64,000 bases of DNA. It comes from Laetmonice hystrix. Its lineage: Eukaryota. Positions within the stretch are counted from its first letter, which is position 1; each line of letters starts with the position of its first letter. The translations under genes and the position numbers were made by a program. The notes under the pieces are model-generated. The model was not told the origin of the DNA, made no database searches, and saw only the letters and a list, made by a program, of their open reading frames with translations. Location of the stretch: NCBI GenBank assembly GCA_965235115.1, contig OZ249436.1, positions 17,114,001 to 17,178,000 on the forward strand, read 5' to 3'. Below are positions 62,021-64,000 of the stretch, piece after piece.

Positions 62021-62176
62021 CAGGGGCAGACCCAGGAGGTTTTCAACTACTTTCTGCATGGAAACCATTAAGCACTTAACTTTTCAATATTTACTCAGAG
62101 GGCATGCCTCGATCCTCTGACCCGCCCCGTAGGGACACCCAGCCCAGTCAAACACCAGTTCTGGGTTCAGCCCCTG
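62021..62176. mobile_element. Short hAT-like element
   Basis: CAGGGGCAGACCCAG / CTGGGTTCAGCCCCTG imperfect inverted ends. Confidence 0.45.
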
Positions 62177-62496
62177 TGTGTGTACATGTATAATTATAAT
62201 TCATTATCTGTTAAACTGAAAACCATACCTTCCAACTGCACTTAAAGGCGGAATGAACATGATGACTATGAAAAGAAGCAGGGACTCTTATAAAATCATT
62301 CACAGTATAGTTCATGCTAATTGTGTGCTTTTACACTCAGGTTTATATTGACAATATGAACCGTGCATATCTCTCCACATCACAACAATAATTTATTTTT
62401 GTCTTGGCTGGGTTTACAAGGGATTTTCAGCCACTCAGCGCTATGTAAGTATAATGATAACTACCAACACTGGTCTGACACCAGTAATACAGGATA

Positions 62497-62752
62497 CAAA
62501 CCAAGATATATCCCTCTTTACATAAACCATGAAATATGGGCCACTTTATGTAAACCAAGATGTCCCATTTTACGTAAACAAGGACGTCCCACTTTGTGTA
62601 AACCAAGATATGTAAACCAAGATGTCACACTTTACGTAAACCAGGATGTCCCACTTTATGTTCAAACCAAGATGTCCTTCTTTATGTAAACCAGGATGTC
62701 CCACATGGTGTAAACCAAGATGTTCCACTTGATGTAATCCAAGTAGTCTCAC
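62497..62752. repeat. ~24-bp degenerate minisatellite
   Basis: gtaaaccaagatgtcccactttat repeated. Confidence 0.85.
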
Positions 62753-63921
62753 TTAATGTCTCCGTTTTCTAAGTAAACTGTATCATTCAGGAGTGAAATC
62801 TATAAACACTGGGATATAATTTCCAAGGGACACTATTAAAATCATCAAATGGATCGAGACTCCCAACTTATCACGTCAAATAGGATTCGATTCAGCTTAC
62901 ATGATAACATTGTGTTAGAGCAAATTATCATGGTAGCCCGAGTTGATGCTCTCACCATATTGTAGGACGACCTTACATGCTGTGTGTATGACTCTCAGTA
63001 GTACGTTTAAATCAATAACAAACAAATCGGATCTCAACTATTAAAGGTACAGCATGCCTTTTGGTGAAGTCGCCAAAAATCTTGTATTAGACGTTCAGAA
63101 CGATTTCGCGACTTCATGGATTCTTTTTGTTAGTTATTGGTTTTCACTCTGCAAAGTTTGGTGTCGTCTCTGTAAGGATGTGTTATAATTAAACTGGGCT
63201 TTGTATAAGTTGACATTTCTCATCCTAAAGTCTTCTATATCTCATCGTAATGTAAGTATCCTTAGTGAATACACGCGTAGTAACAACCACAGTTATGTAA
63301 CGTAAGTTACACACCCACAGTAAACCATGTGTAGTTTGTACTCCACACAACTTGAGTGGTCACGGTGTATCGTAGAACAGTGATCTCAAGTCATCGGGTC
63401 AAGGGCGTGTTTCAAAGTGTTATTCCTTGGCCAAGCTGCCCCATAGAGACCCTAACCTTCACTTAAATCACCATACCATTGCAGACGGGTACTGTCATTG
63501 TGTTTTAATGTCACAGTAAAAATAACAAAATATATAAAACTAAAAGTCACAGCGACGCCATTCTCACTGTGTTGGTATCACAATTTAATATATTAACGTG
63601 TAGGACAGATGAGTGTTTTCATTGAATTATGCAGAATATTGTATAATGATACGATTATTGTAGTTTGTATGAAGATTTAAGTTGACTGTACACAGAATTA
63701 AATTAAAAAGTTTTTTTCCCTTTAAAAATTACAAACGTTACTTAACGTACTTTGGCCACCTGGCAATTCAAGCAAAAGCTTGATATATTTATTAATAATG
63801 AAAGTGGAGAAACAAGTTAGAGATTATAATGAAGATTTGTTGTGTTGGTGTTACTATAGCCTTCCTCTACGCCGGCATCGCGCCAAGTAAGTACACAGTC
63901 TTATTGGTCGGTTCCATTGAG

Positions 63922-63935
63922 GTTACCATGGCAAC
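63922..63935. promoter_or_regulatory. Near-perfect palindromic RFX X-box
   Basis: GTTACCATGGCAAC matches the GTNRCC-AT-RGYAAC consensus. Confidence 0.6.
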
Positions 63936-64000
63936 CGGGGGCACTTCTATCCTTAACTTAGCTGCGTGGTGGTTGGTGGTTGGATCAGTTACCCGAGCTA

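Overview
Eukaryotic, intron-rich animal (invertebrate-like; species not determinable from sequence alone) genomic window. I reconstructed seven spliced genes by hand from GT-AG boundaries and reading-frame continuity, in strictly alternating orientation: MS4A/CD20-like tetraspan (+), DCTN4 (-), DHRS7B (+), TMEM11 (-), GGA (+), AP5Z1 (-) and DNAI2 (+, 3' end apparently beyond the window). Introns hold many locus-specific minisatellites and non-autonomous DNA transposons (Kolobok-like TTAA, Harbinger-like CWG, P-like 7-bp TSD, hAT-like, Tc1/mariner-like, MULE-like). Most notable: (1) three independent tandem arrays seeded on exon/intron junctions that multiply real splice sites (MS4A-like and DHRS7B donors, AP5Z1 acceptor), one array hit twice at the same site by different MITEs; (2) four frame-preserving candidate microexons, including a 27-nt GGA hinge exon that would create a perfect DXXLL motif and an 18-nt DCTN4 exon at the position of the mammalian 7-aa alternative insert; (3) DHRS7B-TMEM11 tail-to-tail linkage as in human; (4) a perfect-looking 240-bp-arm foldback element. 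Gene names come from recalled similarity, not database searches. Most ORFs in the supplied track are spurious repeat translations or exon fragments.
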